A DNA stretch of 64,000 bases from Chloroflexota bacterium (lineage in GTDB: Bacteria; Chloroflexota; Dehalococcoidia; Lucifugimonadales; UBA3495): the NCBI GenBank assembly GCA_028875655.1, contig JAPPCX010000069.1, positions 13,268 to 77,267 of the forward strand. Direction: 5' to 3'. Made by a program: the position numbers and the translations under genes. This document shows positions 18,328-28,484 of this stretch, piece by piece. The notes beneath the pieces are model-generated. The model did no database searches. It was not told the origin of the DNA and saw only the letters and a list, made by a program, of their open reading frames with translations. Numbering within the stretch: the first letter of the stretch is position 1; every line of letters starts with the position of its first letter.

Positions 18328-18368
18328 TCCTGGTGATTCGGCTGCGGTGAGTTTGAGGAGGGGTACCC

Positions 18369-20063
18369 TTGCCCGAACGAATTTTCATTGGCGTCGCGTG
18401 GCCCTACGCCAACGGGCCCCTGCATATGGGACACATCGCCGGCTGCTATCTGGCCGCCGATATTTTTGCCCGTTACCATCGCATGAAGGGCAACGAAGTG
18501 CTGATGGTGTCCGGCTCGGACGCCCATGGCACGCCGATCACGATTCGGGCCGACCAGGAGGGTGTTGAACCCGACGTGATCCTGGACCGCTACCACACCC
18601 AGTTTCTGGATACCTGGCAGCGCCTGGGCATCACCTTCGACCTGTTCACCACGACGCACACCGAGAACCACCAACGGGTGGTGCAGGACATCTTCAAGCG
18701 CCTCCAGGAACAGGACTACATCTATGCTGACACCATGCTGCTGGCGCATTGCGCCGGCTGCTCCCGTTTCCTGCCCGACCGCTACGTTGAGGGGACGTGC
18801 CCCCACTGCCGCAACGAGCGCGCCCGGGGCGACCAGTGCGACAGCTGCGGCCACACCCTGGACCCCATCGACCTGGTGGAGCCGCGTTGCAGCATCTGTG
18901 GCGACACGCCCGACTTCCGAGATTCCGAGCACTTCTTCCTGCGCCTGTCCGCTTTTGAGCAGCCTCTGCTGGACTGGATTGGCGACAAGGACTTCTGGCG
19001 TCCCAACGTAGCCAATTCCACCCGCGGATTCCTGCAGGGCGGCTTGAAAGACCGCGCCATATCCCGGGACTTGACGTGGGGTGTTCCGCTCCCGATGGAA
19101 GGTTACGAAGGCAAGCGCATCTACGTCTGGTTTGAGGCCGTGATCGGCTACCTGTCCGCGGCCGTGGAGTGGGCGGAGCGCAGCGGCAAGCCCGACGCCT
19201 GGGAAGACTTCTGGAAGGAAGACGACACCAAGGCGTACTACTTTATCGGCAAGGACAACATTCCTTTCCACAGCATCATCTGGCCGGCCATGATCATGGC
19301 CTACGGCGGGTTGAACCTGCCCTACGACGTGCCGGCCAACGAATTCCTCAGCCTTGAAAACCGCAAGTTTTCCACCAGCCAGAACTGGGCGTTGTGGGTG
19401 CCGGACTACCTGGACCGCTACGACCCGGACCCGTTGCGCTACATGCTGTCGATCAACATGCCGGAGACGGGCGACACCGATTTCAGCTGGAACGAGTTTG
19501 TCCGCCGCAACAACGACGAACTGGTCGCCACCTACGGCAACCTGGTGAATCGGGTGCTGCGGTTCACCTACCGCAACTTTGACGGCCAGGTGCCCGTGGA
19601 CGCCGCGCCGCCCGAAGACGTTGAGATTGCCTTGCTGGATTCGGCTCGGCAGGCCATGGCGGACGTGGACAACAGCCTGTATCACACCAGGTTCCGCGCC
19701 GGCATCAGTCGCGCCTTCGCGCTGGCGCAGGAGTCCAACCGTTACCTGGACGCCCGCGCGCCGTGGCAGTCCATCAAGACCGACCGGGCCGACGCCGCCC
19801 GTTCGCTGGGCACGGCGATCCGGGTGCTGAACTGCCTCAAGGTAATACTGGCGCCGTACCTGCCCTTCACCAGCCAGAAGGTACACGAGTTCCTGGGATT
19901 CGACGGCGACGTGAACGGGGAACCGTGGGATTTCGACGCGCTGGTGGAGAGCATCAAGCCCGGCGCGCCGTTGCGCAACCCGTCGGCGCTGTACGCCAAG
20001 CTGGACACCGCCGTCACCGAGCAGGAAGCCGAATCCGCCATTGGCGGAGGCGTTCCCGCCTGA
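18369..20063 (+). CDS. metG: Methionyl-tRNA synthetase
   Basis: HMGH (HIGH) and KFSTS (KMSKS) motifs plus CPHC/CDSC zinc knuckles. TTG start. 564 aa. Confidence 0.95.
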   Translation: MPERIFIGVAWPYANGPLHMGHIAGCYLAADIFARYHRMKGNEVLMVSGSDAHGTPITIRADQEGVEPDVILDRYHTQFLDTWQRLGITFDLFTTTHTENHQRVVQDIFKRLQEQDYIYADTMLLAHCAGCSRFLPDRYVEGTCPHCRNERARGDQCDSCGHTLDPIDLVEPRCSICGDTPDFRDSEHFFLRLSAFEQPLLDWIGDKDFWRPNVANSTRGFLQGGLKDRAISRDLTWGVPLPMEGYEGKRIYVWFEAVIGYLSAAVEWAERSGKPDAWEDFWKEDDTKAYYFIGKDNIPFHSIIWPAMIMAYGGLNLPYDVPANEFLSLENRKFSTSQNWALWVPDYLDRYDPDPLRYMLSINMPETGDTDFSWNEFVRRNNDELVATYGNLVNRVLRFTYRNFDGQVPVDAAPPEDVEIALLDSARQAMADVDNSLYHTRFRAGISRAFALAQESNRYLDARAPWQSIKTDRADAARSLGTAIRVLNCLKVILAPYLPFTSQKVHEFLGFDGDVNGEPWDFDALVESIKPGAPLRNPSALYAKLDTAVTEQEAESAIGGGVPA

Positions 20064-20087
20064 TCCTTACCCATCGAGCGATACGAC

Positions 20088-21086
20088 GTGGTCACCGGGC
20101 TGGACTTGAAAACCGTTTCCATCTACGCTCCGGTGGTGGATCAACTGGCTCAGGTCGAAGAGCAGCTCCACGAGCTGTGCCAAACGGACATCGCCGATCT
20201 GGACCCGCTGCTGGATTATGCGCTGCGTTCCGGCGGCAAGCGTGTCCGGCCGGCGCTGACCCTGCTGGCCGCCGAGTTTCACCCCCACGAGCGCCGGCGA
20301 TCTCAAATCATGGCCTCCGCCGTGGAACTCCTGCACCTTGCGACCCTCATCCACGACGACACGGTGGACAACGCGGGGATGCGCCGCGGCAAGCCCACCA
20401 TCAACAACCTATACGGCAACCACGTCGCCGTGTTGTTGGGCGATTACCTTTTCGCCACCTCGGCTACTTTCGTATGCGACACCGAAGTCATCAGGGTTAT
20501 CCGCCGGTTCTCCGAGACCATAATGGAGTTGGCCAGCGGCCAGTTGATCGAGTTTTTCACCACTTTTGATCCACACAAAGCCCGCCGGCTGTACGACGAG
20601 CGCATCTATCGCAAAACCGCGTCCCTGTTCTGCACGTCGGCAGAGTCGGGGGCCATCTTGGGCAACGCTCCGGAAAATGAGGTCCAGGCGCTACGGAAAT
20701 ACGGCCACAACATCGGCATGGCCTTCCAGATCGTAGATGACCTGTTGGACGTGCAGGGCGACGCCGCCGAAATCGGCAAGCCCGTGGGCAACGACCTGCT
20801 GCAAGGTGTACTAACGTTGCCCAGCATCATGCTGATGGAGCGCTATCCCGCAGACCACCCCATTGACTCCCTGTTCTCAGCGATCAAATCCGGCAATGGC
20901 GAGGTGGACGACCTGCTCGAACGGTCGTTGGCGATGATCAACGACTCCGACATCATCCCCGACTGCTTCGCTACGATACGGGATTACTGCACCGCCGCCG
21001 CCGCCGCGCTGGACGAACTGCCCGACTGCCCGCCCCGCCGTTCGCTGCTCCAGATGGTGGACTACATCCGCGAGCGCACGCGGTAG
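20088..21086 (+). CDS. Polyprenyl diphosphate synthase (hepta/octaprenyl type)
   Basis: FARM motif LIHDDTVD and SARM motif VDDLLD. 332 aa. Confidence 0.85.
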   Translation: MVTGLDLKTVSIYAPVVDQLAQVEEQLHELCQTDIADLDPLLDYALRSGGKRVRPALTLLAAEFHPHERRRSQIMASAVELLHLATLIHDDTVDNAGMRRGKPTINNLYGNHVAVLLGDYLFATSATFVCDTEVIRVIRRFSETIMELASGQLIEFFTTFDPHKARRLYDERIYRKTASLFCTSAESGAILGNAPENEVQALRKYGHNIGMAFQIVDDLLDVQGDAAEIGKPVGNDLLQGVLTLPSIMLMERYPADHPIDSLFSAIKSGNGEVDDLLERSLAMINDSDIIPDCFATIRDYCTAAAAALDELPDCPPRRSLLQMVDYIRERTR

Positions 21087-21092
21087 GACAGG

Positions 21093-22601
21093 CTAGATAC
21101 CGGAGCGCCAGGCCACCCGGCCGGCTACCACCGTTGCTACCGCTCGAACCGCCGGCAGATCTGCGAGCGGGGTTGCGAACGAGTTCGGTCCCACGACTGC
21201 CAGATCGGCCGGGTATCCGGGCGCGATGCGGTTGTGCCCGGTGTGCTTGCCCAAAGCGTCTGCCACCGAGGGCAAGCCTAGGCCGCCTATAGGGGCGCCG
21301 GCAGCCGTGCGCCGGGTAATAGCCGCTGCCATCGCTGCCCACGGGTTCGGCTCTACCACCGGCGCATCCGACGCCAGCGCTACCGGGACGCCCAGCGCGT
21401 CCAGCGCTCCGGCCGGATAGAGGTGAGGTAGCAAGTCTTTGGACACCGTGCGCAAGTACCGTGCGCCGTCGTAATGGAGAAACCCGGTGTTGACCACTGC
21501 CTGCGCTCCCGATTGCGCCACCAATTCGGCAACGTCGGGCGGGCACTCGCCGCAGTGCTCGATGCGGTCTTGACCAACCGGCGGCGGATGATCGGACAAC
21601 GCCAGGGCGGCCGCGACTACCGCGTCGCGTTCCACCGCGTGAATCGCCACCGGGTAACCCATGCCGTGCGCCGTCGCCACCATTTCCGATAATTTCTCCG
21701 GGTGCGGATGCAGCCGCCCGGACGACGCGGTCAGCATGATCTTGGCGTGGCCGACCGTCAGCATTCTGCCGCAGGCTGTATCTCCGTAACCCAGGCCAGC
21801 GTCGCGCATTGCTTTGAGGTAAACGTAACCCACCATCATGGTAACGCGCTGTGGCAATACACCTGTTTCAACGATTTCCGCAAACGTCCGCCATCGCTCC
21901 ATCCCGTTGTCCGGCCCGGCGTCCGTAACGGCAGTAATGCCGTACCGCAGTATCCGCTGCCCCAACTCCCATAATGCGGTGCGGAACTCATGGACCTCGC
22001 TGGCGCTTGATCTTCCAATGCGCTCCCTCAGCCACCCGTTCATCTCCAGCAGCAGCCCCGTAGGAACGCCGCTGGCGTCCCGCGCTATCATGCCGCCCTG
22101 CGGATCCGGCGTGCTGCGCCCGATACCCACGGTGGCCAGCCCGAGACTGTTCAACACGCAGGCGTGCCCCGAGCGATGCTCCACTCGCACCGGCCGCTCC
22201 TTCGCAATGCTATCCAGATCATGCCGGCTCAGATGCCGCCCCAGACCAACCGGGGAATCGTCGTAGCCGTAGCCGCGGACCCATCCGTCACCGTGTGCCG
22301 CCGCCTCTCGCAACACTCTGACCACCGCTGCCACGTCCGGGGCAGCCGTAGGCCGGCAGTCTGTGCCGCTGAGAGTCGCCGCTGCCGCGAACAGGTGGCA
22401 ATGAGCGTCCACGATTCCCGGTACGATAGCGCGGCCTCCGCAGTCAATCACGTCCGTGTCCGCTCCGGCCAATCGCATCACTTCCACGCCGTTCCCTACC
22501 GTCGCGATAACGCCGTCGGCGATAGCAACCGCATCGTCTCCCGCTGACTGATGCACTGCACCGTTTCGTAAAATCAAATCAACAACCAAAATCCCGTCCA
22601 T
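21093..22601 (-). CDS. Amidohydrolase-family metal-dependent hydrolase (YtcJ-like)
   Basis: Start refined to MDGILVVDLILRNG. Contains VDAHCHL metal ligands. About 500 aa with a TIM-barrel hydrolase pattern. Confidence 0.7.
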   Translation of the reverse strand: MDGILVVDLILRNGAVHQSAGDDAVAIADGVIATVGNGVEVMRLAGADTDVIDCGGRAIVPGIVDAHCHLFAAAATLSGTDCRPTAAPDVAAVVRVLREAAAHGDGWVRGYGYDDSPVGLGRHLSRHDLDSIAKERPVRVEHRSGHACVLNSLGLATVGIGRSTPDPQGGMIARDASGVPTGLLLEMNGWLRERIGRSSASEVHEFRTALWELGQRILRYGITAVTDAGPDNGMERWRTFAEIVETGVLPQRVTMMVGYVYLKAMRDAGLGYGDTACGRMLTVGHAKIMLTASSGRLHPHPEKLSEMVATAHGMGYPVAIHAVERDAVVAAALALSDHPPPVGQDRIEHCGECPPDVAELVAQSGAQAVVNTGFLHYDGARYLRTVSKDLLPHLYPAGALDALGVPVALASDAPVVEPNPWAAMAAAITRRTAAGAPIGGLGLPSVADALGKHTGHNRIAPGYPADLAVVGPNSFATPLADLPAVRAVATVVAGRVAWRSGI

Positions 22602-22635
22602 CCTGTATATCCATGCAAAGACGGACTCCCCGCCG

Positions 22636-22644
22636 ATGCTATAA
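22636..22644 (+). promoter_or_regulatory. Candidate extended -10 promoter element (TGCTATAAT)
   Basis: Identical 12-mer tgctataatcgg to the one at 56501. Lies 53 nt upstream of the MBL gene start. Confidence 0.35.
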
Positions 22645-22696
22645 TCGGCCCCGCTCAGCGCAGCCGTCAACTACCGACGGCGTCAAGGAGGGAACC

Positions 22697-23500
22697 ATGC
22701 CGGAACTGGAAATCATTATGGGCGGGTATTCGATCAATACCGACCAGACGCGCCTTGGTCTGTGCACGGTGACGCTGATCCGCGGTGAGGTACTGTCCAT
22801 TGTCGATGTGGCCCACTTTGGCCGCCGCAATATGCTGGTGGACCAGTTGGAGGCCAACGGCATATCGACGGGTGACATTGGCCGCGTCATCCTGACCCAT
22901 GCGCACTGGGACCACTCCCAGAATACCGACCTTTTCCCCAACGCGGAAATCGTCATCCACGCCGACGAGTTGGAATACAGCCGCAATCCCCGGCCCGGCG
23001 ATCTGGCCACGGCGCGCTACTTCGCCAACACGCTGCTCGATCAAAACGTCCGCACCGTCAGCGGCGAAACTGAACTGGAACCGGGCGTGCGGCTCATCGA
23101 AACCCCGGGGCATACGCGCGGCCACGTCAGCGTAGTGGTGGAGACCGCCGGCGGCACGGTGTGCGTGGGCGGCGACGCCATGTCCGACGCCGGCGCCATC
23201 GGCCGAGGGACGCCGGCCATCGTCTTCTGGAGCGAGGCCGACGCCCGCGCCAGCATCCAGAAGATCGTTGCCGCCGCCGACACCATCTACCCCGGACACG
23301 ACCGCCCCTTCCGCGTCGAGGCCGACGGCGGCATCACTTACTTGGCGGATTCCCCCACTCTGGAGGTAAGTGGCGTCCTGCACTACGCCAGCGGCGCTTT
23401 CACTGTGAACATCGGTCGTGCGGAACATCCCGGCACCACGGTGATGCCCAGCGCCATTGACTACCGAGGCGGCGGGCACAACCATCCCGGCCATTGCTGA
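22697..23500 (+). CDS. MBL-fold metallo-hydrolase (lactonase-like)
   Basis: An AAGGAGGGA RBS precedes the ATG at 22697. Contains the HAHWDH zinc motif and a later GHTRGH. Confidence 0.8.
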   Translation: MPELEIIMGGYSINTDQTRLGLCTVTLIRGEVLSIVDVAHFGRRNMLVDQLEANGISTGDIGRVILTHAHWDHSQNTDLFPNAEIVIHADELEYSRNPRPGDLATARYFANTLLDQNVRTVSGETELEPGVRLIETPGHTRGHVSVVVETAGGTVCVGGDAMSDAGAIGRGTPAIVFWSEADARASIQKIVAAADTIYPGHDRPFRVEADGGITYLADSPTLEVSGVLHYASGAFTVNIGRAEHPGTTVMPSAIDYRGGGHNHPGHC

Positions 23501-23504
23501 TGCC

Positions 23505-24407
23505 ATGCGCGCCGTCGTATTCGACTGGGACCTCACCCTCTGGGATAGTTGGGGCATTCACCTGCGCTTGATGGAGAACACGGCGGCCGAGCTCGGCGTG
23601 GCAGCGCCCTCCCCAGAGGCTGTGGCCGCCGAGTTTCACCGTCCCTTTCGCCAGCATCTGCTCTGGTTTTTCGGCAGCCGGCCCGATGCGGAGGACGAGC
23701 TCGAGAGGATACTTGCCAGCTACCTGTCCCGCTACGACGGCATCCTGGCGTTTCGCAACTACCTGTTCCCCGGCGTTGTCAGCCTGCTCGGCGCGCTGAA
23801 ACGCCGGGGTATGCGCATCGGCGTACTGTCCGACAAGATTCCTGAATTCGGTCAAGCTGAGTTGCAGCGGTCAGGACTGGCCGGCCTGGTGGAATACGCG
23901 GACTTCAAGACCGACGCCCGCCCCTACAAACCCGCGCCCGACGGACTCTACACCGTGCTCGACGGGCTGGGGATCAATCCCGAAGACGCCATGTACGTGG
24001 GCGACGGGCCGCAGGACGTAGCATGCGCTCGCAGCGTGGGGGCAGCGTCCGGCGCGGCGCTGTGGTCAACTATAGATCGCGACGCTACCCTGGGAGAGGC
24101 GCCGACTTACCGGCTGTATCGACCGCACCAGGTTCTGGCGGCGGTTGCCGAGGCCGACGGTTCAGATGGCGCTGACCCGTGGGTGCGGCACCTACCCTGG
24201 CCCTGGCGACCCGACGCCGACAACCCACAGGATGATCAAGACTCGGGGATTGTCTCGTCCGACGGCAGCAGGGATGAACCCGATTCGCCCACGTGGACTT
24301 CTTGGCCGATGGCCGCCCAATGGCGCGGACGCACTGGGGAACTGGCTCAATTGCCCAGCGAGGCCAACCCTATCGCGCCATTGTCCCTGAGATCACGCCT
24401 TCGCTAG
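23505..24407 (+). CDS. HAD-superfamily hydrolase (phosphoglycolate-phosphatase-like) with a C-terminal extension
   Basis: DWDLTLWDS (DxD motif I) and VGDGPQD (motif IV). About 90 extra C-terminal residues. Confidence 0.7.
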   Translation: MRAVVFDWDLTLWDSWGIHLRLMENTAAELGVAAPSPEAVAAEFHRPFRQHLLWFFGSRPDAEDELERILASYLSRYDGILAFRNYLFPGVVSLLGALKRRGMRIGVLSDKIPEFGQAELQRSGLAGLVEYADFKTDARPYKPAPDGLYTVLDGLGINPEDAMYVGDGPQDVACARSVGAASGAALWSTIDRDATLGEAPTYRLYRPHQVLAAVAEADGSDGADPWVRHLPWPWRPDADNPQDDQDSGIVSSDGSRDEPDSPTWTSWPMAAQWRGRTGELAQLPSEANPIAPLSLRSRLR

Positions 24408-25292
24408 ATGAGCCGCCGCCGCGGTGTGCTGGTCGTCAGCGTGGTAGGACGACCTCACTAGCGGGCCGGCAGCCACGCGCTTGAAGCCCATCGCTTCGCC
24501 GTCCAGACGCAACTCCTCAAACTCGGCCGGCGTGTAGAAACGGTCTATCTTGATGTGCTTGATGGATGGGCGAAGGTACTGCCCGATGGTCAGGAGGTCG
24601 CAGTCCACGGAGCGCAGATCCGCCATCGTCTGCCGCACTTCGTCCATCGTTTCGCCCATGCCCACGATGATGCCCGACTTGGTAGGCAGGGATGGGTTGA
24701 TCTCCTTGACCCGGCGGATCAATTCCAGGGACTGGGCATAGTCGCCCTTGGGTCGAACGCGGCGGAACACGCGCTCGACGGATTCGATGTTGTGGTTGAG
24801 GACCTGGGGTTCGGCGGCGACGACTTTCTCCAACGCATTCCAGTTGCCATCAAAATCGGGTATCAGCACTTCCACCCGGCAGTCGGGTACGGCGGCGCGC
24901 ACCTGCTTGATGCAGGCGGCGAATATGCCGGCGCCGCCATCGGGGAGATCGTCCCGGTTCACCGAGGTGATGACGCAGTATTTCAACCCCATGCGCTTGA
25001 CGGTTGCGGCAAGACGGAACGGCTCGCCCAGGTCCAGCGTGCCGGGCCGGCCCGTGGTGACGGCGCAATAAGCGCAGGCGCGGGTGCAGATGTCCCCCAG
25101 GATCATGAAGGTTGCGGCGGAGCGTTCCCAGCACTCGCCGATGTTGGGACAGTGGGCTTCCTCGCATACGGTGTGCAGTTGGCTGTCGCGCATCAGTTGT
25201 TTCAACTCGATGTAGCGTGGCCCACCAGGCATACGGACCTTGAGCCAGTCGGGCAGGCGTGGGCGGATGGGAGTTTCGGTTTGCGTGGTCAT
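24393..25292 (-). CDS. lipA: Lipoyl synthase
   Basis: Start refined to MTTQTETPIRPRLPDWLKV. Contains CEEAHCPNIGEC and the radical-SAM motif CTRACAYC. Confidence 0.95.
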   Translation of the reverse strand: MTTQTETPIRPRLPDWLKVRMPGGPRYIELKQLMRDSQLHTVCEEAHCPNIGECWERSAATFMILGDICTRACAYCAVTTGRPGTLDLGEPFRLAATVKRMGLKYCVITSVNRDDLPDGGAGIFAACIKQVRAAVPDCRVEVLIPDFDGNWNALEKVVAAEPQVLNHNIESVERVFRRVRPKGDYAQSLELIRRVKEINPSLPTKSGIIVGMGETMDEVRQTMADLRSVDCDLLTIGQYLRPSIKHIKIDRFYTPAEFEELRLDGEAMGFKRVAAGPLVRSSYHADDQHTAAAAHLAKA

Positions 25293-25357
25293 GTTCGCTC
25301 CTGGATTCCCGGACGCCAAAGGCGCATCTGCGACCTTCGCGGGAAGGCTGGAAGTAA

Positions 25358-25987
25358 TCAAAGCATTTGCACGAGGCGGGGGTTCAGCCGGCATTTTTCG
25401 GCGGCGATGATGGCGTCGATATCTTGCACAGCGTCATCGAGCGCTCCGTTGCGGTTCACCACCCGGTAGTCAAACTCGTCGATTCGGCTCAGCTCGACGG
25501 ATGCCTCCTGCAAGCGGCGTTGCATCTCGGCTTCGTCCTCGGTGCCGCGTTGGGCCAGGCGGCTTCGGAGTTCGTCCATGCTGGCCGGCATCACGAAGAT
25601 GGTCAATGCTTCCGGCGCGATGCTGCGGATGGTGGCAGCGCCCTGCACGTCAATTTCAAGGATAACATCCTTGCCCGCTATCAGCGGATCCCGTACCTGA
25701 TGGCGGGGCACCCCATACCATCGGTCGTACACTTGGGCAGATTCCAGCAACTCGTCCCGCTCCCGCATCCGCAGAAAAGTGTCCACATCCAGGAAAATGT
25801 AGTCCCTTCCGTCCACCTCACCCTCGCGCATCGGTCGGGTGGTGGCGGTGACCGCGAAGTGCCAGGGCCGCTCCAGTCCCCGCAATGCGGCGACCAACGT
25901 GCCCTTGCCCGATGCGGAAGGGCCTGATAAAACGACGAGCAGGGGCGGCGCCGGGCTGGCCAGCGGTAGTTCGCCGGCCCCGGTCAT
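25358..25987 (-). CDS. gmk: Guanylate kinase
   Basis: P-loop LSGPSASGKGT. The start overlaps the aroA stop (ATGA). Confidence 0.9.
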   Translation of the reverse strand: MTGAGELPLASPAPPLLVVLSGPSASGKGTLVAALRGLERPWHFAVTATTRPMREGEVDGRDYIFLDVDTFLRMRERDELLESAQVYDRWYGVPRHQVRDPLIAGKDVILEIDVQGAATIRSIAPEALTIFVMPASMDELRSRLAQRGTEDEAEMQRRLQEASVELSRIDEFDYRVVNRNGALDDAVQDIDAIIAAEKCRLNPRLVQML

Positions 25988-27279
25988 GTTTCGCCGGTCA
26001 ACGATGCCAGGTGCTCCCAGAACGTGGGGTACGACACGGAGGCATCCTCCGCGCCGTGAATCACGGTGTCGCCCGACGCGACCAGCCCGGCCACGGCCAT
26101 GGACATTGCCAGGCGGTGGTCGCCGTGGCTCTCTACATCAGCCCCGGAGAGGTGGCCCACGCCGCGAATCACCATGCCGTCGTCGCGGGGTTCCAGCTTA
26201 CCACCCAGGCGCGTCAATTCCGACACGGTGGTGGCGATGCGGTCGGATTCCTTGACGCGCAGCTCGGCGGCATCCCGGATGATCGTGTCGCCCTCGGCGA
26301 AACAGGCGGCGACGGCGAGCACGGGCAGTTCGTCGATCATGATGGGAATGATTTCGCCGCCCAGCTCGATACCCTTGAGGTTGGCAGACGATGCCACCAC
26401 GTCGGCGACCGGCTCGCCGCCCTCCACGCGCTCGTTTTCCAGTAGCAGCGAGTCGCCGGCGCCCATCATTTGCAGCGCGTCGATGATGCCGGCCCGGCTG
26501 GGGTTGAGGCCCACGCCGGTGATGGTTACCCGGGCGTTGGGGTGGATCAATCCGGCAACCATCCAGAACGCCGCCGATGAAATGTCGCCGGGCACGGCGA
26601 CGTCCACCGCCTGCAAATCGGCGGGATGCAGGGTGAGCGCCAGGCCGTCGGTTTCGACGCGCGCGCCCATGGCCGTCATCATGCGCTCGGTGTGGTCGCG
26701 AGACAGCGCGGGCTGGTACAGCACGGTCGGCCCGGATGCCGACAGGCCGGCCAGCATGAGGCACGATTTGACCTGGGCGCTGGCGACGGGCATTTCGTAC
26801 TCGATGGAGCGCAGGTTTCCACCACGTATCGCCAACGGGGCCAGCGTATTGCCGCTGCGCCCCATGATGGACGCGCCCATCTGCTGCAAGGGCTGGACGA
26901 TGCGGCCCATGGGCCGGGAACGCAGAGAACCGTCGCCGGTCAGTACCGACAAGAAGTCCTGGCTGGCCAGCAGGCCGGACAGCAGCCGCATTGAAGTGCC
27001 GCTGTTGCCGGCGTCCAGCATATCGGCCGGTTCCTGGAGATTCGGTCCCAAACCGGAAACCTGGAAGCTCCCCGGCTCGCCCAAGGGCTCAATGCTGACG
27101 CCCATGGCGCGCAGACAGGCGGCGGTGGAGCGGACGTCGGCGCCATCGGAGATGCCGGTGACGGTTGCGCCGCCGTTGGCGATGGCGTTCAGAATCAGAG
27201 AACGGTGGGAAACCGACTTGTCGCCGGGCACAGCCAACGCGCCGGCCAGTCGTTCGGGGCTGCGGACGGTCTGCTCCAC
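25984..27279 (-). CDS. aroA: 3-phosphoshikimate 1-carboxyvinyltransferase (EPSP synthase)
   Basis: Motifs VPGDKSVSHR, AGNSGTSMRLL and RVKESDR. 431 aa. Confidence 0.95.
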   Translation of the reverse strand: MEQTVRSPERLAGALAVPGDKSVSHRSLILNAIANGGATVTGISDGADVRSTAACLRAMGVSIEPLGEPGSFQVSGLGPNLQEPADMLDAGNSGTSMRLLSGLLASQDFLSVLTGDGSLRSRPMGRIVQPLQQMGASIMGRSGNTLAPLAIRGGNLRSIEYEMPVASAQVKSCLMLAGLSASGPTVLYQPALSRDHTERMMTAMGARVETDGLALTLHPADLQAVDVAVPGDISSAAFWMVAGLIHPNARVTITGVGLNPSRAGIIDALQMMGAGDSLLLENERVEGGEPVADVVASSANLKGIELGGEIIPIMIDELPVLAVAACFAEGDTIIRDAAELRVKESDRIATTVSELTRLGGKLEPRDDGMVIRGVGHLSGADVESHGDHRLAMSMAVAGLVASGDTVIHGAEDASVSYPTFWEHLASLTGET

Positions 27280-27295
27280 GAAAATCTCCTGCGCT

Positions 27296-28360
27296 TTACC
27301 CGCGGTCCGACTGGCGGCGGTCTCCGCGGTTATCGTCCTTGCGGTCGTCGTCTCGCTGACCCATCATTCGACGCATTGCGCGTTCGCCCCAACTGCCCAT
27401 GAACATCTGGCTCATGGACTGGCCGAAGGTGGGGTATTCGGACGCCTGCTGCATTTCACGGGCTTTTGGGTTTACTTCACCGGCCATCCATTTGGCCCGC
27501 GCAATACGCGCGTCCTCGAACAGCGTTTCCACGGCTTCGCTGTCGGGCGGATCGCCGTTGGTGTCAAGCAGCTTGCGGTACTCGTAAAGTTCCCGAATGA
27601 AGGCGTCGATCCAGGCAACGATTGGCTGGGCGTTGCTGACGCAGATGTCACGGTGCATGATAGTGTCGCCGGACGCCAGCCGGGTAATGTCTCGATAGCC
27701 CGACGAGGCCAGCTGTCCGATGTCGGACCAGTTGGCCGACTTGCTGGTGCATCCCACCAGGGCGGTGGAGAGAACAAAGGGCAGGTGGCTTACGGCGGCC
27801 ACGAAACTGTCGTGTTCATCCACGCTGATGAAATACGGTACGGCGCCGATTGCTTCGGCGAGGGTGGTAATCTCACCCACCGCGCGCTGGCTGGCCCTGG
27901 GGCTCGGGATGACGCAATAGGGCTTGCCGGAAAACAGGGTTCCGTCGGCGTTTTCCGGGCCCGGGGTTTCGCGGCCGGCCATGGGGTGACCACCCACGAA
28001 GTCCACTTCGTCCGGCAGCAACTCGTCGGCCCATTGGAGCACCTGGGTCTTGGTGCTGCCCACGTCGGTGATGACGCAGCCTTCCGGCAGGTAGGGCGCC
28101 ATGCCCTCCATGAGCTCGCGCATGGCCAGCACCGGCGTGGCCAGCACGATGATGTCAGCCTCCTCAATGGCGCTGCCCCAACGGTTTTCGACCTTGTCGA
28201 AGGCGTTCATGCGATTCGCGCCGGAGCGGGCCGCGTGTTCCGCGTCCGTGCCCACCACGGTGAGGTTACGCAGGGATGAGGCGCGCAGGGCCAGCCCCAA
28301 TGATGTCCCGATCAAGCCGGTGCCGATAACGGTAACTTGTGCCACGATGAAGTCTGCCAA
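27296..28360 (-). CDS. tyrA: Prephenate dehydrogenase with a charged C-terminal extension
   Basis: Rossmann motif VIGTGLIGTSLGLAL, plus GGHPMAG. Sits in a shikimate-pathway context upstream of aroA. Confidence 0.85.
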   Translation of the reverse strand: MADFIVAQVTVIGTGLIGTSLGLALRASSLRNLTVVGTDAEHAARSGANRMNAFDKVENRWGSAIEEADIIVLATPVLAMRELMEGMAPYLPEGCVITDVGSTKTQVLQWADELLPDEVDFVGGHPMAGRETPGPENADGTLFSGKPYCVIPSPRASQRAVGEITTLAEAIGAVPYFISVDEHDSFVAAVSHLPFVLSTALVGCTSKSANWSDIGQLASSGYRDITRLASGDTIMHRDICVSNAQPIVAWIDAFIRELYEYRKLLDTNGDPPDSEAVETLFEDARIARAKWMAGEVNPKAREMQQASEYPTFGQSMSQMFMGSWGERAMRRMMGQRDDDRKDDNRGDRRQSDRG

Positions 28361-28484
28361 CGTGAGAATTGGGGTAAGTGTACAACATCCGTTACGGTTG
28401 GGGAAATCGTGACCATAAGGATTCGCCGTTTGTTGTAGAATTGCGCCGCGAACGGAACTTCAATCTCACACCATCGGAGGCACA

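Noticed and set aside
18237-18368. A T-box or other riboswitch leader upstream of metG.
   Set aside because: Only about 130 nt separate metG from the divergent FTR-like gene. About 45 nt remain after the putative -10, which is too short for a T-box. I found no specifier or T-box-like sequence.
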